DNA of 64,000 nucleotides, from assembly GCA_963826525.1 (NCBI GenBank), contig CAWGXH010000004.1:1728001-1792000 (forward strand), given 5' to 3'. A program made the position numbers and the translations under genes. The notes under the pieces are model-generated. The model did not search any database. It was not told where the DNA came from and was given only the letters and a program-made list of their open reading frames with translations. Every line of letters starts with the position of its first letter. Within the stretch, counting starts at the first letter, position 1. The DNA is from an uncultured Methanomicrobiaceae archaeon. GTDB taxonomy: Archaea > Halobacteriota > Methanomicrobia > Methanomicrobiales > Methanoculleaceae. Below, in pieces: positions 46,335-57,170 of this stretch.

Positions 46335-46739
46335 TCACAGCACCTTCTTTCCCGCTTCTTTCCCCGGGGTGCACTCGAAGACCTCGGTGATCGAGATCAC
46401 GATCAGCGATCTTGCCGGGTATGCCTCGCTCTTTGCCTTCATCTGTGCGCGGAACTTCTCGTATGCCTCTCCCGAAGTCTGGATCTCCGCCGAGCCTTTC
46501 ACCTGGAAGCACCGCTTGATATCGGGATCGTAGACGTAGAGCGCCACCGTCGGGTTCTCTTTTAAGTTCTCAAGCGTCTTGTGCATGTAGTTGTCCATGA
46601 TCCAGATCGTGGCATCGTCGACGAGCTGAACCGCGCCCATCGGGGCTACGTTCGGAACGCCGTCTCTGGATGCCGTCGCCATCGGGAACACTTTGTTTTT
46701 CGTAAAAACAGCCTTCATCTCATCGTTTAGTGAAACCAT
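46335..46739 (-). CDS. Pyridoxamine 5'-phosphate oxidase-like FMN-binding protein
   Basis: ATASRDGVPNVAP, KTLENLKENP and FQVKG; only the C-terminal 134 aa of the 657-aa ORF appear real. Confidence 0.85.
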   Translation of the reverse strand: MVSLNDEMKAVFTKNKVFPMATASRDGVPNVAPMGAVQLVDDATIWIMDNYMHKTLENLKENPTVALYVYDPDIKRCFQVKGSAEIQTSGEAYEKFRAQMKAKSEAYPARSLIVISITEVFECTPGKEAGKKVL

Positions 46740-46955
46740 GCCCTCATCTCCTCGTATATGGCCGTAGCGGTCAATGCGGGCTGCTACGGCCAGCCACGTA
46801 GGGGTATCGGACGTCGGTATATATAATTCCGCTGGTACCGGTATCCTGACCTCTGCATGTGCATCGCGGGAAAATCGGCAGACGGGACGGGAGGATTGCC
46901 GCCCTATGCCGCCACTATGGAAAGATATAAAGATACAGACGCGAAAACGACTACT

Positions 46956-48452
46956 ATGTGTGCCCGCTTTTTGGAGCGCTTTTTCAAACCCAAACCTCAT
47001 ATCGTGGAGAGTCCGCCTCCACCCTCGATCTCGCACGGGGCCGGCATGACGATGCCGGAGTATAAGGTGAAACCCTATTTTATCGTGGCCTCCGTCGAGA
47101 TGGGAAATACGACGACGAAGTGCATCCTCACCGGTACGAACCTCGAGACCGGTCGAACGTATATCATCAATAAGACCGTGACCATGAGTCGGGACGTCCG
47201 GGCGCCGAAACCGGGCGAGGCGGTCTTCGGTGCCACGCTCGACGGCACCGAACTGACCCGCGAGTCGGTCACCGAGCTCGTCCGCGACACCCTTATCCGG
47301 TGCCATAAAGAAGCGAACCTCTCTATTCAGGACGATCTCGACTTCGTTGTCAGGAGTACGGGCGTGGTGGCGGCGATGGACTCCCCCGAGCAGGTTGGGG
47401 ACTTCGTTATTGCACTCGCCAACGGTTGTCTCGAGGCAGGCGTCCCGCCCCGGAAGATGACGCCTCCGATGTCGATCGAGAATCTTCCGAAGAAATTGCG
47501 GGAGCACAGTTTCGCCGACCGGGTCGTCTTTGTCGGCGCGGTGGCCGGAGTCGTCCCGCCGGTCGGGTGCACCGGCGTCGAGATGGTGGCAAACGAGATG
47601 GAAGGCGAGCTTGCCATGGCGGGAATGAAGGAGGGCGCGAAATGGACGCCGGTCGATTTTCGGAACCCCTGTCTCTCGATAGACTTCGGGACGACGCTTG
47701 ACGGGCGGATAACGAGCGATGTCGCCCCCGACGAGCCGAACCCGTTCGCCAAAACCATCGGCAACTTCTGTGGGCTTGCCGGAGCGATACCCGACTCGAT
47801 CGTGCGGGGAACGGGGCTTGTCCGGGAGAGAACCGGAACCGCCCTCGACCTCCTCGGGGATCGGAGTATCGGTAGCGGACTTTCGAACCGGAAGGGCTTT
47901 CTCGTAAAGGAGTACGTCGACCGCTGCCACGAGCATATCGATATCCGCATCGTTCCTCCCGACCGAACCCGGTTCGGACGGGTTCCGGTCTGCGCAGCCG
48001 CGGCCGCGGAGTCGGGCGTGGCGCTGATCGGCTGTGACTGCGGTGTCAACGGCAGTGAAATGGACATCCTTAAAGAGATCGGGAAAGAGATCTATGATAA
48101 CCACGGTATCGGCCTCCTCACCCAGGTCGTCGATCATGTCTGTGCAGAGATGGCACTGCGTCTCATCGATGTTGCCATCGCACAGGGGATGGTTCCGCCA
48201 AACTCTGCGATAGGGTTCACCGGCAGGGCTGCAATCTCCGGGAGGAAGCCCGAGTACATTCTCGACGGCATTACCGAGAGAGGGATCTATGATATGCCGA
48301 ACGATCACCTCGTCTTTGTCGATGACGGCCTTGCCCGTGGTGCAGCCCTGATGGGACGATGCATGAACTCGATCGGAAAGCCGAAAGATCCGCTCGGCGG
48401 AGTCTGTGGCGGGCCGTGCATTATGGCAAGGCGGATCAAGATTGGAAAGTAA
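46956..48452 (+). CDS. Methanogenesis marker protein 14
   Basis: ASVEMGNTTTKCIL, SIDFGTTL and DDGLARGAA actin-like ATPase motifs. Confidence 0.88.
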   Translation: MCARFLERFFKPKPHIVESPPPPSISHGAGMTMPEYKVKPYFIVASVEMGNTTTKCILTGTNLETGRTYIINKTVTMSRDVRAPKPGEAVFGATLDGTELTRESVTELVRDTLIRCHKEANLSIQDDLDFVVRSTGVVAAMDSPEQVGDFVIALANGCLEAGVPPRKMTPPMSIENLPKKLREHSFADRVVFVGAVAGVVPPVGCTGVEMVANEMEGELAMAGMKEGAKWTPVDFRNPCLSIDFGTTLDGRITSDVAPDEPNPFAKTIGNFCGLAGAIPDSIVRGTGLVRERTGTALDLLGDRSIGSGLSNRKGFLVKEYVDRCHEHIDIRIVPPDRTRFGRVPVCAAAAAESGVALIGCDCGVNGSEMDILKEIGKEIYDNHGIGLLTQVVDHVCAEMALRLIDVAIAQGMVPPNSAIGFTGRAAISGRKPEYILDGITERGIYDMPNDHLVFVDDGLARGAALMGRCMNSIGKPKDPLGGVCGGPCIMARRIKIGK

Positions 48453-48454
48453 CG

Positions 48455-48700
48455 GTGATACAGTTGACAGAAGAAGAACTCTTTGATTTGCTCATCCCGC
48501 CGGGTGTGCCCCGGTCGATTATCTTCGAGATTCCGAATAAGTTCGATGTCGAAGTCGTGAAGCGCCCAAGAAAGATGCAATTTGCCAATATGGACGGCGA
48601 TATGCGTGAACTGCTTGCGTTCCGCGGAAGACGCGAGGTCGTCGAGCAGGTACAGCAGTACCTCTTCAACGAGCTCGCTGAGTTCATAAAAGAAGAATAG
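48455..48700 (+). CDS. Small conserved hypothetical protein
   Basis: LLIPPGVPRSII and LLAFRG; starts 2 bp after marker 14; GTG start inferred. Confidence 0.7.
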   Translation: MIQLTEEELFDLLIPPGVPRSIIFEIPNKFDVEVVKRPRKMQFANMDGDMRELLAFRGRREVVEQVQQYLFNELAEFIKEE

Positions 48701-48710
48701 TATTCTATTT

Positions 48711-49637
48711 TTATCGATCCTGCCGGGATCCACCGATCAGCCTTGCGAGCAGCGCTTTCTGGGCGTGGAGACGGTTTTCTGCCTGATCCCACACAATGCT
48801 CTGCGGACTTTCGAGAACCTCGTCGGTGATCTCCTCGCCCCGGTGTGCGGGCAGGCAGTGCATGACGAGGGCGTCCGGGGAGGCGTGCCGAACAAGCGCG
48901 GCATCGATGGTGTATCCGGAGAATGCCCGAAGGCGTGCGGCGCGCTGGGATTCGTCGCCCATCGAGACCCAGATGTCCGTATAGAGGATATCCGCATCCT
49001 GCGCCGCAACTTTCGGGTCGCTGCCGATGCTGACGTGCCCTCCGGCATCCCGCGCCATTTCGACGATCTCGTTCTTCGGCTGGTAACCGGGTGGGCTTGC
49101 CACCGCAATCTCCATTCCGGTGAGCGCGGAGGCGAGGATAAACGAGTTGCAGACGTTGTTTCCGTCGCCGACCCAGGCGAGGCGGAGTCCTTCGAGCGAG
49201 GTGAAGCGTTCTCTCATCGTCAGGATATCGGCGAGCACCTGGCAGGGGTGCAGCCTGTCGGAGAGTCCGTTGATTACCGGAACCGTTGAATAACGGGCGA
49301 ATTCTTCAATGGTTTCATGATGGTACGCCCGGATCATAACCGCGTCGACGTAGCGTGCAAGCACCCGGGCGGTGTCGCGGATCTCCTCGCCCCGACCGAG
49401 TTGCATGTCGTGAGGGTTCAGGAAGAGCGCGTGCCCGCCGAGATCGGTCATCCCGACCTCGAAGGAGACCCGTGTCCGGGTCGAGGCCTTCTCGAAGATC
49501 ATGGCGAGGCTTCTCCCGGCCAGGACCTCATGTGGAATGCCCTCCTGTTTCAGCACCTTCAGCCGGCGCGCCTCGGTGATGAGAGACTCGAGTTCTTCGC
49601 TGCTCAGATCGATGATCGAGACGAAATCTTTCTTCAT
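48711..49637 (-). CDS. argF: Ornithine carbamoyltransferase
   Basis: STRTR, HPCQ, SMG and HCLP. Confidence 0.97.
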   Translation of the reverse strand: MKKDFVSIIDLSSEELESLITEARRLKVLKQEGIPHEVLAGRSLAMIFEKASTRTRVSFEVGMTDLGGHALFLNPHDMQLGRGEEIRDTARVLARYVDAVMIRAYHHETIEEFARYSTVPVINGLSDRLHPCQVLADILTMRERFTSLEGLRLAWVGDGNNVCNSFILASALTGMEIAVASPPGYQPKNEIVEMARDAGGHVSIGSDPKVAAQDADILYTDIWVSMGDESQRAARLRAFSGYTIDAALVRHASPDALVMHCLPAHRGEEITDEVLESPQSIVWDQAENRLHAQKALLARLIGGSRQDR

Positions 49638-50927
49638 AGAATCTCCTGCATATGCCTGCACCGCTGGTCGAGGAGCTCCCGGGTCCCGATATCCCGGCGG
49701 TGGAAGACCGGGCCTGTAACCGAGGCGGTTGCATCCTCTGCGATTGCCTCCGCCTCTTCGAGCGTATCGCCGATACCGACGAAGGCAAGTGTGCGTGAGG
49801 TCAGGGTATGGAGCGTGCCGCTTCGCTCCTCCACGTTTGCGTAGTACGTCAGCGCCTTCCCGGCGTCGCCCATGGAAAGAGGGCGGCCAAAGACCGGATG
49901 GTCGGGATATCCCTCGGGAACGAGGTACTTGCAGACCGTTGCCTTTTTGGCAAATCTGACGTTCGATGCAGAGAGGTTTCCTTCGACGAGGCGGCAGACC
50001 ATCTCGGAGAAGTCGGATTCAAGGAGAGAGAGGACGTTCATCGCCTCGGGGTCCCCGAACCGTGCGTTAAACTCGATGACCTTCGGCCCCTCCCGGGTGT
50101 TCATGAACTGACCATACAGGATGCCCCGGTACGGCGTGCCGCGACCCCGCATTGCTGCGACAACGTCTTTCATGATACGAAGAGCTTTTTCGTAGTCGGT
50201 AGCGCCGACGAAGGGGAGCCTGTGGTCAGGGAGGGAGTACCGATCCCATTCCCCCGGTATTCGGGCCCATGTCGCCTTCGTATGCACGTTTGTGATCCTG
50301 GACGAGCGGCATCGGCACGAGATGGGTGCCGTCGACGAATGCCTGCAGGGTGAACTCCTCGCCGATCAGCCGCTCTTCAACGATGAGGTCGCCGCCGAGG
50401 CTCTCCGCATACTCGACGGCTCCTCTGGTATCGACATGCTCGCCCATGATGCGGACTCCTTTTCCTCCGGTGAGCCCGATCGGCTTAATGGCAAGGTCGC
50501 CGTCGTATGCCTCGATGAATTCGCGTGCCGCTGCACTATCGTGGAAGACGCGGTACTTCGGGCATCCGGCAATACCATCCCGTTCCATCATCTCCCGGCA
50601 GAAGGATTTATCCGTCTCCAGGCGTGCCGCAATGCGGTTTGGACCCATGCAGGGGATGCCCGCCCCTTCGAGCATATCGACGATGCCTGCTTCGAGAGGT
50701 GCTTCAGGACCGATGACTGCGCTCTCCACACCGCATTCGGTGGCAAACTGCGTTATCTTTGAAACGTCGGTCTCTCTTCCGATCAGCACGCTTTCGGAGA
50801 GTCGGGCTATCCCGGGATTCCTCCTGGCCATCACAGAAAAAATTCTCACGTCGCTGTTGCAGGAAAGCGCTCTGGTGATCGCATGTTCCCTGCCACCACC
50901 ACCTACAACAAGTATTCTCATATCCAT
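49634..50927 (-). CDS. purD: Phosphoribosylamine--glycine ligase; frameshift near 50240
   Basis: [21 protein letters not shown] and [10 protein letters not shown]; one extra G splits the frame. Confidence 0.95.
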
Positions 50928-50954
50928 CTATATGAACCGCATGTCGTTTAATGG

Positions 50955-51467
50955 TTATTCGTTCAGAACCTCGCTGACACGCACAAGAGCCTCGAAACGG
51001 ACTCCCTGGCGGCTCAGCGCTTCGGCAGCGCCGGCCTCGCGATCGACGACGGTCACCACGACATGTACCTGTGCACCGGCGGAGCGGAGCATCTCCACAC
51101 CGTACAGGGCACTTCCTCCCGATGTCGTTACGTCTTCGACGAGGAGCACCTTTTTATCTTTTACCTCCCCTATTATGGCGCCCGATTTGCCGTGCTCCTT
51201 CTCGGTCTTGCGTATGATGGCAAAGGGCTTTCTGCTTGCGAGCGAGACCGCCACCGCTATCGGCACCGCTCCTACTGCGACCCCGGCCACGACGTCGAAG
51301 TTCCGGGTCTTTGCAATCTCTTCTCCGATTGCACCGAGTATCTCCGGATTGGTCGTGGCGGTCTTGATATCGATGTAGTATCTGCTCCGCGCTCCCGAGG
51401 CGAGGAGAAAGTCTCCGAACTCTATTGCTCCGCTTTCGATCAGCATCTCCTGAATTGTGGTTACCAT
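50955..51467 (-). CDS. pyrE: Orotate phosphoribosyltransferase
   Basis: F.LASG.S.YY.D, RK..K.HG and VEDVTTSG. Confidence 0.95.
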   Translation of the reverse strand: MVTTIQEMLIESGAIEFGDFLLASGARSRYYIDIKTATTNPEILGAIGEEIAKTRNFDVVAGVAVGAVPIAVAVSLASRKPFAIIRKTEKEHGKSGAIIGEVKDKKVLLVEDVTTSGGSALYGVEMLRSAGAQVHVVVTVVDREAGAAEALSRQGVRFEALVRVSEVLNE

Positions 51468-52009
51468 GGTACGTCCTTCACTCCTGTAAGGTATCCTATA
51501 ATGTTTGCCAGCCGGTGGAGCAGGGGTGTCAGAATGAGAATCCAGATCGCGATTGCCGGTGTTATGGTTTCAAAAAACCACGAGGGATTCCCTATGAGGA
51601 CGAGAATAAATGCCCCGACCACCAGGTCGTACTGGTCGGCGACCGGCCACTTCTCTCCCCGGTCTTTGCCAAGGCGCCGCTTGATGAAACTCTTGGCAAG
51701 ATCGCCGAGGAGTGCTCCCGCGGCAAGCAGCACGACCGTGAGAACCGTCAACTCCGGGAGGAACGTCCAGCCCGCGAGACTGCGAAGCAGGATCTCCGCG
51801 ACTCCCGCCAGCACCCCGGCGGTCACCCCTCCGATGAAACCGCGGTACGTCTTTCCGTCGCCAAAAACCCTCCTGCCGTCGGAAAACTTCATTCCTAGGT
51901 CTATCGGTCTCCCGCCCCCGAAGAGGGCGGCGGCAGAGTTTGGCACGTATGCCGGAATCATTATCCATATCGCTGACAATAGTGAGAGCGCAATGTAAGC
52001 GATATCCAT
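51461..52009 (-). CDS. carS: CDP-archaeol synthase
   Basis: PAYVPN, D.G..DGRR.FGDGKT.RG, GDL.KSF.KRR and DQ.D. Confidence 0.93.
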   Translation of the reverse strand: MDIAYIALSLLSAIWIMIPAYVPNSAAALFGGGRPIDLGMKFSDGRRVFGDGKTYRGFIGGVTAGVLAGVAEILLRSLAGWTFLPELTVLTVVLLAAGALLGDLAKSFIKRRLGKDRGEKWPVADQYDLVVGAFILVLIGNPSWFFETITPAIAIWILILTPLLHRLANIIGYLTGVKDVPW

Positions 52010-52103
52010 ACTTCTAGTCGCCAATAGTCTAGTATAAAGAGTAAATATAAAGATTAAGGTATCGAAATATGAGATCAGAATGGACGACGGCACAGGTGAT
52101 TCG

Positions 52104-53572
52104 ATGATTATCAAGAAGACAAAGAGCCTCTGCCCCACATGCCGTATGGTACTGGACGCGGATGTCGTGGAAGAGGACGGGAAGGTCTGGTTGGTGCGGA
52201 CGTGCCCGGAACATGGGACGTATCGCGGTCTGTACTGGTCCGACCCGGAGATGTTCAGGCGGTTCGAAGAGTACGAGGTGGTTGGAAACGGCGTTTCGAA
52301 TCCGCAGAGATCTGCGTCCGAGGACGAATGCCCCACGGCCTGCGGTCTATGCAATAATCACTCGTCAACGACCCTGCTTGCGAACATCGACCTGACCAAT
52401 CGCTGCAACTTAAACTGTGACTTCTGCTTTGCCAACGCCCGTGCGTGCGGCTTTATATACGAACCGACCTTCGAACAGATTGTGGACATGATGTGCCTCC
52501 TGCGCGGAGAGAAGCCTGTGCCGGCTCCCGCAGTCCAGTTCTCGGGTGGCGAGCCGACCATGCGTGACGATCTGCCGGAGATCATCAGGAAGGCCAAGGA
52601 ACTTGGGTTCCAGCAGGTGCAGATCGCGACGAACGGGATCAACCTCGCGAAGGACGTACACTACATCCAGGAACTGAAGGATGCCGGACTCAGCACAGTA
52701 TACCTCCACTTCGACGGCGTCTCCAGAGAGACAAATCCTATCCTCCCGACCAGTGAAAAAGCGCTCCGTAACTGCGCAGAAGTCGGCATGGGTGTCGTGC
52801 TGGTGCCGACGGTCATCCGTGGCCGCAACGATCACGAGCTGGAGCTATCATCCGGTATGCGGCGGAACGGATCCACGTCGTCCGCGGCGTAAACTTCCAG
52901 CCGGTGGCATTCACCGGAGCCGCCAGCGACGACGACGTCGCCAAAGAGCGGATCACCATCCCGGACCTTGCCGAGTGTATCGATGCTCAGACCGACGGCA
53001 TCATAAAAAAAGACTTCTTCTACCCGGTGCCCTGCGTCGTCCCGGTATCCGAGCTCGTGGAAGCGTATACCGGCAAACCCCAGCTCGTATTCACGGCACA
53101 TCAGCACTGCGGAGCCGCGACCTACGTCTTTATCACCGACGAAGGCATGGTTCCGGTAAACAGAATGCTCGATGTCGATACTTTCTTCGATTCGATCAAG
53201 AAGATGGAGACGAAACTTCGGAAAGGCGGATCGATCAACAAGTACGTGACCCTTGTCGAGGGGGTGCGGGATCTGCATACCTCTGTGAAGAAGGCCGAGG
53301 ACGGCAACACCACGGATTTCTGGAAACTGATCGCAAAAGCGCTGGTTCTGCATAACTTCGAAGCGCTGCGGGAGTTCCACTGGAATGCTCTCTTCATCGG
53401 GACGATGCATTTCATGGACAACTTCAACTACGATCTTCAGCGTGTCCGGCGCTGCTGCATCCATTATGCGACACCGGACGGGCGCGTTATTCCATTCTGC
53501 AGTTACAATAGCGGCCCCGTCTACCGGGAGCAGGTCTGGAAGGCCTTCGCACAGCCTCCCGATGAAAACTAG
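52104..53572 (+). CDS. tes: Tetraether lipid synthase (radical SAM); frameshift near 52841
   Basis: SLCPTC..CPEHG rubredoxin-like start, CPTACGLC, CNLNCDFC, QFSGGEPT, NFQPVAFTG and C-terminal RCCIHY..PFCSYN. Confidence 0.92.
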
Positions 53573-53770
53573 GCTTCCCTCCCTTTTATGGCGAGTTCAT
53601 CTCGAAAACCGCCGATAAGGCCATACCGGCCATAGGCTCGACCGATGAAAATCGATTGTCATGGTAATTTTCCGGCAGAGGTCGGATCTGCCCCCTCCTC
53701 CTGTCGATGCGATACCCCGAGAGAGACCGACACTTCCCTGCTCTTTGTGAGATCTGCTCACCGTGTGCAG

Positions 53771-54706
53771 TTACGGAAATGGCAGCGTTATACTTTCCAG
53801 CTTTTGCATGGCGATACCGGCGATGGCAAGGTCCTGAATGGCAAGACCCGTCGAATCGAAGATGGTGATCTCTTCAGGCGTTCTCCGGCGCTTCTTTCCG
53901 AGAACCACCTCCCCGAGGGTGCCGGCAATCTCGCCCGGCGTGTAGAGTCCCCGGCTGATAGGTACGTTGATCTCGCCGGAGTGGACGGCCTGTTCCCGGT
54001 CGTCTACGTATACCTCCGCCCGCCGGAGGAGAGCAGGGTCGAGCTCCTGTTTGCCGGGAGCGTCCGCACCGATGGCGTTAATGTGGGTTCCGTCTGCAAT
54101 CCATTCCGATCGCACGATCGGCACGGTGGACGGGGTTGTGGTCACGAGTACGTCACAGTCGCACGCCTCCTGTAGTGAGGCGCTGCGGGCGTTGTACCGG
54201 GCATACCGCCCGGCAAACACCTCGGCGTGCCCTCTGTTCCGTGCCCAGACCTTCACCTCCTCGATGGTGAGCTCCGCAGCGATCGCTTCGAGCTGTGCCT
54301 CTGCCTGTCTGCCGCTCCCGACGAGCCCGAGCGTCACTGCTCTCTTCGGCGAGAGGTACTTTGCCGCCACAGCTCCTGCCGCCCCGGTACGCATGGCGGT
54401 GAGCTCGGTTGCATTGATGATGGCCTCGGGAAGGCCGGTCTCCGGGTCGAGGATGATGGTGAGCGCCATCACGGTCGGAAGGCCGCGAGAGCGGTTTTGC
54501 GGATGCACGGTGACGATCTTCACGCCTGCAATGCCGAGCGCCGGCAGGTAGGCGGGCATGGTCCGAAGGTCACCCGCATCGAAGGTGACGTAGATCTTCG
54601 GCGGCATTCGGATATTTCCCCTGCCGGCCTCGGCAAACACCGTTTCGACGGCCCGGTTCACGTCGGCGTACCGGATCTGCTCTCCGCCGCCTGAATAGTA
54701 TCGCAT
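53771..54706 (-). CDS. ala: Alanine dehydrogenase (ornithine cyclodeaminase/mu-crystallin family)
   Basis: MPPK, RTMPAY, LTAMRTGA, GSGRQA, GADAPGKQE and FDSTGLAIQD. Confidence 0.88.
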   Translation of the reverse strand: MRYYSGGGEQIRYADVNRAVETVFAEAGRGNIRMPPKIYVTFDAGDLRTMPAYLPALGIAGVKIVTVHPQNRSRGLPTVMALTIILDPETGLPEAIINATELTAMRTGAAGAVAAKYLSPKRAVTLGLVGSGRQAEAQLEAIAAELTIEEVKVWARNRGHAEVFAGRYARYNARSASLQEACDCDVLVTTTPSTVPIVRSEWIADGTHINAIGADAPGKQELDPALLRRAEVYVDDREQAVHSGEINVPISRGLYTPGEIAGTLGEVVLGKKRRRTPEEITIFDSTGLAIQDLAIAGIAMQKLESITLPFP

Positions 54707-54757
54707 GCTTCCTGGTATCCGCACGCGAGAAGAAAAAGAGTCTGATCTGCTCCTGCC

Positions 54758-55444
54758 TCAGATCTCTTCCTGAATGCCCCGGATGGTCAGCCTGATGAGT
54801 CCCAGGTGTGCATCGGGCTTTGTGAAGACACAGATATAGAGGTCGCCGTACGGGGCGATGATCAGCTTGCCGTCGGGGGACTCGAGGATCATCTGGTTTA
54901 AGTTGCCCATCTCCATATCCGAGACGATCTTCACGCCGGCCCGGAGGAGATCCTCGGCTACGGCGGCAACCTGTTCGACATCGGCGTTGCCGATGGACTG
55001 GAGTGCAAATCCTTCATGAAATACCGAGACGGCGATCACGCCGGGTTGTCTCCCGATCTGTGCCAGCCTCTCCTCACTCATCGTCGATTCGCGAGCGATA
55101 GGCTCCTCCTGCTCCGGTTCCTCTTCGACTATACTGCAGCCGTTAGCCCTGCAGTACTCCCATGCTGCTTCGAGCTCGTCCGGGGTGTATGCTATCATCG
55201 TGCATTCGAGCAACGACCTGCCGTAGAGGTAGTCGAGCGCATTTTCACCGCTGATACTGTAGACCCGGTCGTCCTCCTCGAACCTCGCGGCTATGGGATT
55301 GCCTGCCTCGACGACGAGAAAGCCGCCGCCTTCCGGCCCGGTGATAGTGAGCGCGCCGGTAAACCCGGGGCTGACGCTCATGAGATTCGCAAGAGTCCCC
55401 TGCATCTTGCCGAGCATTGTCCCTTCAGGCAGCATCGGTCTCAC
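54758..55444 (-). CDS. DUF2226-like domain fused to a C-terminal roadblock/LC7 domain
   Basis: N-terminal MLPEG..FTGAL..G.NAL; C-terminal PGVIAVSVFHEGFAL..EQVAA..MGNLNQMILE..GKLIIAP..AHLGLIR. Confidence 0.75.
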   Translation of the reverse strand: MRPMLPEGTMLGKMQGTLANLMSVSPGFTGALTITGPEGGGFLVVEAGNPIAARFEEDDRVYSISGENALDYLYGRSLLECTMIAYTPDELEAAWEYCRANGCSIVEEEPEQEEPIARESTMSEERLAQIGRQPGVIAVSVFHEGFALQSIGNADVEQVAAVAEDLLRAGVKIVSDMEMGNLNQMILESPDGKLIIAPYGDLYICVFTKPDAHLGLIRLTIRGIQEEI

Positions 55445-55788
55445 AGAGCGGCAGTTATCCGGTCACGGTTCTTCTTCAGCTCGTATCTGATCCTGCCCAC
55501 GTTGACGTTTGCATTCGCGACGATGGCGATCAGTTCGTCCTCGGAGAGCGGCGAGAGGAGAATCGGGCCGTTCTCAAGCTCGACAAGCATCTGGAGCATC
55601 TCCCCCTGCCCGAGTTCCATGCTCATCGCCTCCGATGTTCCCATGCCGGTCGATGCCATCGCTCCAAGAGCTTCGATATCCACATTGCCTGCAACCACAC
55701 TTTCAATGACAAAGCCGTCCCGTCCTGCGACGACAGCGGCAGTCACTCCGTCGAGTTTTAAGAACTCTCCAAGAATCTGTTTCAGCAT
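55441..55788 (-). CDS. Roadblock/LC7 (MglB-like) protein
   Basis: DGVTAAVVAGRDGFVIES, EALGA, ELGQGEMLQMLVELENG and NVGRIRYELKK. Confidence 0.9.
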   Translation of the reverse strand: MLKQILGEFLKLDGVTAAVVAGRDGFVIESVVAGNVDIEALGAMASTGMGTSEAMSMELGQGEMLQMLVELENGPILLSPLSEDELIAIVANANVNVGRIRYELKKNRDRITAAL

Positions 55789-57170
55789 CTCTTCATCCCC
55801 TCTTGTTTTGCGTTTTCTATGTCTATTCTGATGGGCATCTGTCCGATGGCGTGGGTTGCGCACGAAATGCAGGGATCATACGCACGGATCACCATCTCTA
55901 TCCGGTTTGCCGCGCTCTCGGTCAGGGCACCGTTCTGCACGACCCTGCGTGCCATATCCTCGACGCCCCTGTCCATGGCATAGTTGTTCTGGCAGGTCGC
56001 CACGATCAGGTTGCACCGTTCGATCAGTCCGTCCTCGCTCACGGAGTAGTCGTGGATCAGCGTGCCCCGCGGCGCTTCGATGATGCCGACGCCGCGCCTG
56101 TTCGCGACTCCCACCGCAGGTGTTCTGATATCCTGCCCGGTGATGTCCGTATCCGAAAGATAGGCGACTGCCTTTTCGCACGATGCGATGAACTCGATAT
56201 ACCGGGCGATGTTGTAGGCGAGGGTAGTCTGGCTGTGCGCACCGAACTTCCGGCGATATTCTGCCAGCGCTTCGTCGGCACGCTCGCTTCCCATCTCCCG
56301 AACGATGTTGAGCCGTGCCAGAGGGCCGACGCGGTAGTAGTCGCCGGATTTGAGCCGGGCGAACTTCAGGTACGACCAGGGTTCCGAGTACTCATCGATG
56401 TACGTCGCGTAGTCTTCTCCCGAGAAGGACCCGATCCGCTCTCCACCGGCTCCGAGCACCTCTGCAGTGCCGTCATACGTCGTGAACGTCCCCTTGTCGG
56501 AGAGGCCGACGAATGCCGTCTTGACGGCACCGAACGAGGGGTCGACGTCGTCGAGGAGCCCCTTTGCGATATCCCATCCCTCCTCAGCGATGGCGAGCGA
56601 CTCCTTCGCCATCGAAAGAAGGTCGCTTCGCTTGCTCTCGCTTAAGGGTGCGGACATCCCGCCCGGCAGCGCGTTCCCCGGGTGGATTGGCTTGCCGCCG
56701 ACGGCTTCCGTCAGGCGCTGCCCGAACTTCCTGACCGCGATCGCCTTCTTTGCGATCTCGGGCGACTTCTTTGCAAGCCCGATGACGTTGCGTTCCTCCG
56801 GCGGGGCCTCGTGGCCGATGAGGAAGTCGGGTGCCGCGAGCATGAAGAAGTGCAGGGCGTGTGAATGGACGAACTGCCCGACATTGAGAAGTTCGCGGAG
56901 TTTCTTGCCGGTTTCCGGGGGTTTGACGCCGAAGATCTGATCCGTCGCTTTCGCTGCGGCGAGATGGTGGGCGGAAGGGCAGATGCCGCATATCCGGGGC
57001 GTGATGCGGGGCGCCTCTTCGACGGCTGCCCCGATGAGGAACTTTTCAAAGCCCCGGAGCTCGACGACCTGGAAATGAGCGGACTCGACCTCCCCGGCGT
57101 CGTTTACGTAGATCTTGACCCCTGCATGCCCTTCGATCCTCGTGACCGGGCTGATGGTGATCTCTTTCAT
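55782..57170 (-). CDS. [NiFe]-hydrogenase large subunit (group 3, MvhA-like)
   Basis: TRIEGH, RGFE, L1 RICGICPSAH, EAPRGTL.H and L2 DPCISCATH followed by a cleavable ~22-aa extension. Confidence 0.93.
   Translation of the reverse strand: MKEITISPVTRIEGHAGVKIYVNDAGEVESAHFQVVELRGFEKFLIGAAVEEAPRITPRICGICPSAHHLAAAKATDQIFGVKPPETGKKLRELLNVGQFVHSHALHFFMLAAPDFLIGHEAPPEERNVIGLAKKSPEIAKKAIAVRKFGQRLTEAVGGKPIHPGNALPGGMSAPLSESKRSDLLSMAKESLAIAEEGWDIAKGLLDDVDPSFGAVKTAFVGLSDKGTFTTYDGTAEVLGAGGERIGSFSGEDYATYIDEYSEPWSYLKFARLKSGDYYRVGPLARLNIVREMGSERADEALAEYRRKFGAHSQTTLAYNIARYIEFIASCEKAVAYLSDTDITGQDIRTPAVGVANRRGVGIIEAPRGTLIHDYSVSEDGLIERCNLIVATCQNNYAMDRGVEDMARRVVQNGALTESAANRIEMVIRAYDPCISCATHAIGQMPIRIDIENAKQEGMKRC

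Noticed and set aside
46335-48308. 657-aa minus-strand ORF
   Set aside because: Mostly the antisense shadow of marker 14; only the last 134 aa (from ATG 46739) form a recognisable protein.
50226-52904. Programmed frameshifting in purD or tes
   Set aside because: No slippery heptamer or stimulatory structure is evident, and the same single-indel pattern occurs throughout the window.
53771-54706. Alanine dehydrogenase as part of the hydrogenase cluster
   Set aside because: Co-oriented, but separated by a T-rich terminator-like tract and has a standard housekeeping role; no evidence of linkage.
55782-55900. Selenocysteine or split (VhuU-type) hydrogenase large subunit
   Set aside because: The L2 motif is DPCISC with ordinary Cys codons and is contiguous with the rest of the subunit.
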